Part shown: piece after piece, positions 60,845-64,000 of the stretch
Layout of the letters: every line of letters begins with the position of its first letter
Numbering within the stretch: position 1 is the stretch's first letter
Source: Pelomyxa schiedti
Lineage: Eukaryota; Protista; Evosea
Assembly (NCBI GenBank): GCA_020536535.1
Contig: JAHLWZ010000448.1
Coordinates: forward strand, 1-64,000
Reading direction: 5' to 3'
Length of the DNA stretch: 64,000 bases
The notes under the pieces: generated by a model
The model's input: the letters and a program-made list of their open reading frames with translations, nothing else
Told to the model about the DNA's origin: nothing
Database searches by the model: none
Position numbers and translations under genes: made by a program

Positions 60845-63759
60845 ATGGCGGATGATAAACACGACAGTGCGGCCGACGTTGTTGGCTACGACAAGAACAG
60901 CAACAACAACAACAACGACGGCAGCAACGACAGCGGCGCTAATGTCGCCGCCGTCGGCAGTGGTGTAGGAGGCGAGGCCGGTACCGGGAACGGTGCCGGC
61001 GTAGCCCGTGGTGATGCCGTCGTCGTGAGCGGAGCACGCGAGGGAGGAGGGCTTACGGAGGAGCCAGAGGGGTGCCCCGCCGAGGAGCGCGAGGAAACCC
61101 AGGCAGCAGTTGGCGGTGCCGTAACGGGAGAGCAGAGTGACGGCGCCTCGGCTCGAGATGATGCAAGCAACGCCGCGGTGGAAAAAAAGAGTACCGACTC
61201 GTCGCAGGCACAAGAAAGTGGGAAGCCGGCTACTTCAGTGCAGTTGGGCGCACCACCATCTTGTGACGGTAGTGTCCAACCTACTAGTTCTACAGGCTCC
61301 AGCGATCCCAGATTGCCCGAAACGGTGTCAACCTCAGCACCAAAGAATGCTAAACTTGCCTCTGCACCAGTAGCATCAAACTTAATCGTTATTGAAGATG
61401 ATGAGACCGATGAGCCTCCATCTTCCCCACGTGCTCAGCCTGTAGTTATCCGAAAATTGTCTCGGAGTATACTCAATTCTAAGAGTGTAAAATCAAAAGC
61501 AGTTCACGTCTCTACCAAGCAGTCTACTCCTGCTCAAGTGCAAGACTTACCAGGGCCTGCCGTTGTTCCTTCTGCTTCATCTTCTCTGGGAATAAGAAAG
61601 CGGGCTCCAATAGAACAAGCCACCCCTGTTAATAGTCCCCCAGTCAGGGGCCCTGAACTTGCCCATATACTGAGATCTACAACACCCCCTGCCGCAATCT
61701 TCGAGTCAAAGAGGAAATACTCGAAGTTACATTTCGACATTATTAATTTTGTGGCACTCATGGGTATTTCTTTCGGGCTGTTGTCACCACTAACTTGATT
61801 TAGGACCAACACCTGAAGAAGATGCCATTCGTCGGTTCATGATCCGTACTATTGAAGAAATGGTTTTAAAATTGTGGCCCAATGGGAAGGTCATTCAAAC
61901 TTCTTTATTCTGTTCTTAGTAAGTTTAATAACAGATTGTGGTCTATGGCTCATATAACACAAAACTTCTTCTGCCCACTAGCGATCTGGACATTGTGGTG
62001 ATTACAAACTTGCAACATATCCCTTATCCAGATTATTCTCCGCTCAGACTACTCGAGCAGGCCCTTACAAAGTACAAGAAGGAGTGGACTGTAACTGTAC
62101 TCGAAAATGCACGAGTAACCTTCAACTCAAATTTGAATGGCAAGAATTTACTCAATTTACACAGGTTCCCCTAATTAAAATTCATCCTGTTGTTGGTTGT
62201 GATGTAGACATTTCCTTCAATAGCCCCAGTGGTACCATATCCCGTGCCATATTCTTTATAAATTGAAATGGCACAGGTATCAAAAATTCCAAAGCCATAC
62301 AAGGTTTTATGGAAGAATACCCTGCGTTATATCCCCTTACCCTTGTGGTTAAGTACTTCCTGCACCAAAACCTCCTTAATGAACCACACCTTGGAGGCCT
62401 TGGCAGCTATGCTACCACCCTGTTGGTGGTAAGATTTTTGCAACAACGTAAGTTGCTTACAGAGTACGCCACATCAACTGCTGAGGCTGCCCGTGCACAC
62501 CCATCTTCCAAGACCCTTCAAGCAAAGAACATTGCACAGGAGGCAGCAACTTCACACGGAGTTTTGGTTACTGACCCCGATTTTGAAGACTTGGGTCATA
62601 TGTTAGTTGGATTCTTGAAGCTCTATGGTTATACTTTCAATTACTATTCCTCAGGGATTTCTGTGAGAAATCAGGGTGGCTTTTTCCCCAAGGTACCTAC
62701 CTACTAACTTATGTTTTTCCTCTTATGTTCGCGTTTCAGGCTAGCCGTATCAATCATACATCTAATGCCGATTGCCTGTGTCTTGAAGATCCCACAGATC
62801 CCACAAATGATGTGGGTAGGCCAACCTCAGAAATGCGTCTCATACGTCATGTATTCGCGGCAGCACATACCAATTTCATTGCTGCTGGAGTCCTTGATTT
62901 TGTGCCACCCGGTATTCAAAACAAGGGCAATTTTCCTGCACTAGCAGCAATGCCAATTTGCATCCTCCCACGTTTACAGGAGCATAGGGAGGGATTAGTA
63001 ATTTCCTGCAGAACTAAGGGAATTGAAGTGTGGGATACACCAGAGTGGAAGTGGGAGTGGCGAAAAGGATTCATTAATCTTCGAGACAAAAGTACGGGTC
63101 CAAATGGGGATTCTGGTAGCAATAACTCCACTGCACAAACAAATGATGAAAGTTCTGAACAACTATATGGGAGTGAAAATGATGACAATGAATCTGCGGA
63201 ATCAAATACAGCACTCCGAGAGACTGATCAGACAAACCAACCAGCCGTACCAGAACCGACCAGCAGCACAACTGCAACGAAACCGGGCAATCCCAAAAGA
63301 ACTGTTGTGAAGACTCTCCCGTCTGGTCACACTGTAGTTACCACAATGAAGCCGCAGCCGCCAACAGGAACAGGAATCCCTGATTCCCAAACAACCGCAA
63401 CACCACAAAACACAACAACCCCGTCAGTTCAGACCTTCCCCGATCTGCAGCCGCGAGACCAGAAAAGGCAACGTACAACAGTACCCACACACCCTTGCTC
63501 ACCAGCACCACACCTCAACAACTTACCCACACAACAAAACCTCCTGGCCAACAACCAACATCCCTCTCCACCACCCACTCCACCCACAAACAGAACCGCG
63601 ATGCAGTCACCACCTCACTATCCCACTAACCCCAAGAGACAGTATCCATCCAAACAACCACCACGGCCACAAGCAAGACCCCAAACACCCACACGAGTGC
63701 CACCAAACACACAAATACACCTCAGGGTACAAACATCCCCCAAAGCATACAAATTTTAA
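60845..63759 (+). CDS. Non-canonical poly(A) polymerase, Trf4/PAPD5 family
   Basis: YGSYNTKLLLPTSDLDIV, VPLIK, DVDISFN, LNEPHLGGLGSY, LCLEDPTDPTNDVGR; long disordered termini. Confidence 0.92.
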
Positions 63760-64000
63760 ACCTCTTTTGTACAGAAAGAAACTAAAACAATTTTTCTGAT
63801 AAACAAACCAAATTTCTTTGTTACTTTTAAAAAAACAATAACCTCAAAGGGTGCTATTGCCTGATTTTGTGGGTGGTGGGTCAGAAGAACCATCTGGCTC
63901 TCTGCCCTGTGTAGTGGGTGTTGTTGCCGATGATGCCAAATTTGAAGGTAGTTTTGTGTTACTCAGCAGCGAATTAGTTGAAGTGGATGACGTGAGCCTG

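Overview
Gene-dense, intron-rich eukaryotic DNA with short (mostly ~45-60 nt) GT-AG introns and very degenerate donor sites, plus two 100-N scaffold gaps near the start. The gene content points to an anaerobic amoebozoan, most like the archamoeba Pelomyxa; this is inferred, not database-verified. The evidence is an ABP34-type actin bundler, alpha-actinin, a hybrid-cluster protein, lineage-expanded ankyrin-like families and a Dictyostelium-type snRNA promoter element. About 23 protein genes were reconstructed by hand across introns, so their boundaries are approximate. The main signal is not visible in the ORF track. At 31.4-31.8 kb lies a head-to-head pair of U1 snRNA genes, driven by two inverted TCCCACAA (DUSE-like) elements 62-63 nt upstream of each start. 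One U1 has the canonical 5' end AUACUUACCUG. The other is structurally intact but sequence-diverged and begins AUACAUACCUG, which is complementary to +4U donors (GUAUGU), a donor class common in this window. Other notable items are a spectrin-sized alpha-actinin (~22 spectrin repeats, five copies of a 4-repeat module), a MORN-SAM-caspase-like protease, an F-box-like/Rab fusion, a probable pseudokinase, and abrupt GC3-rich islands inside genes.
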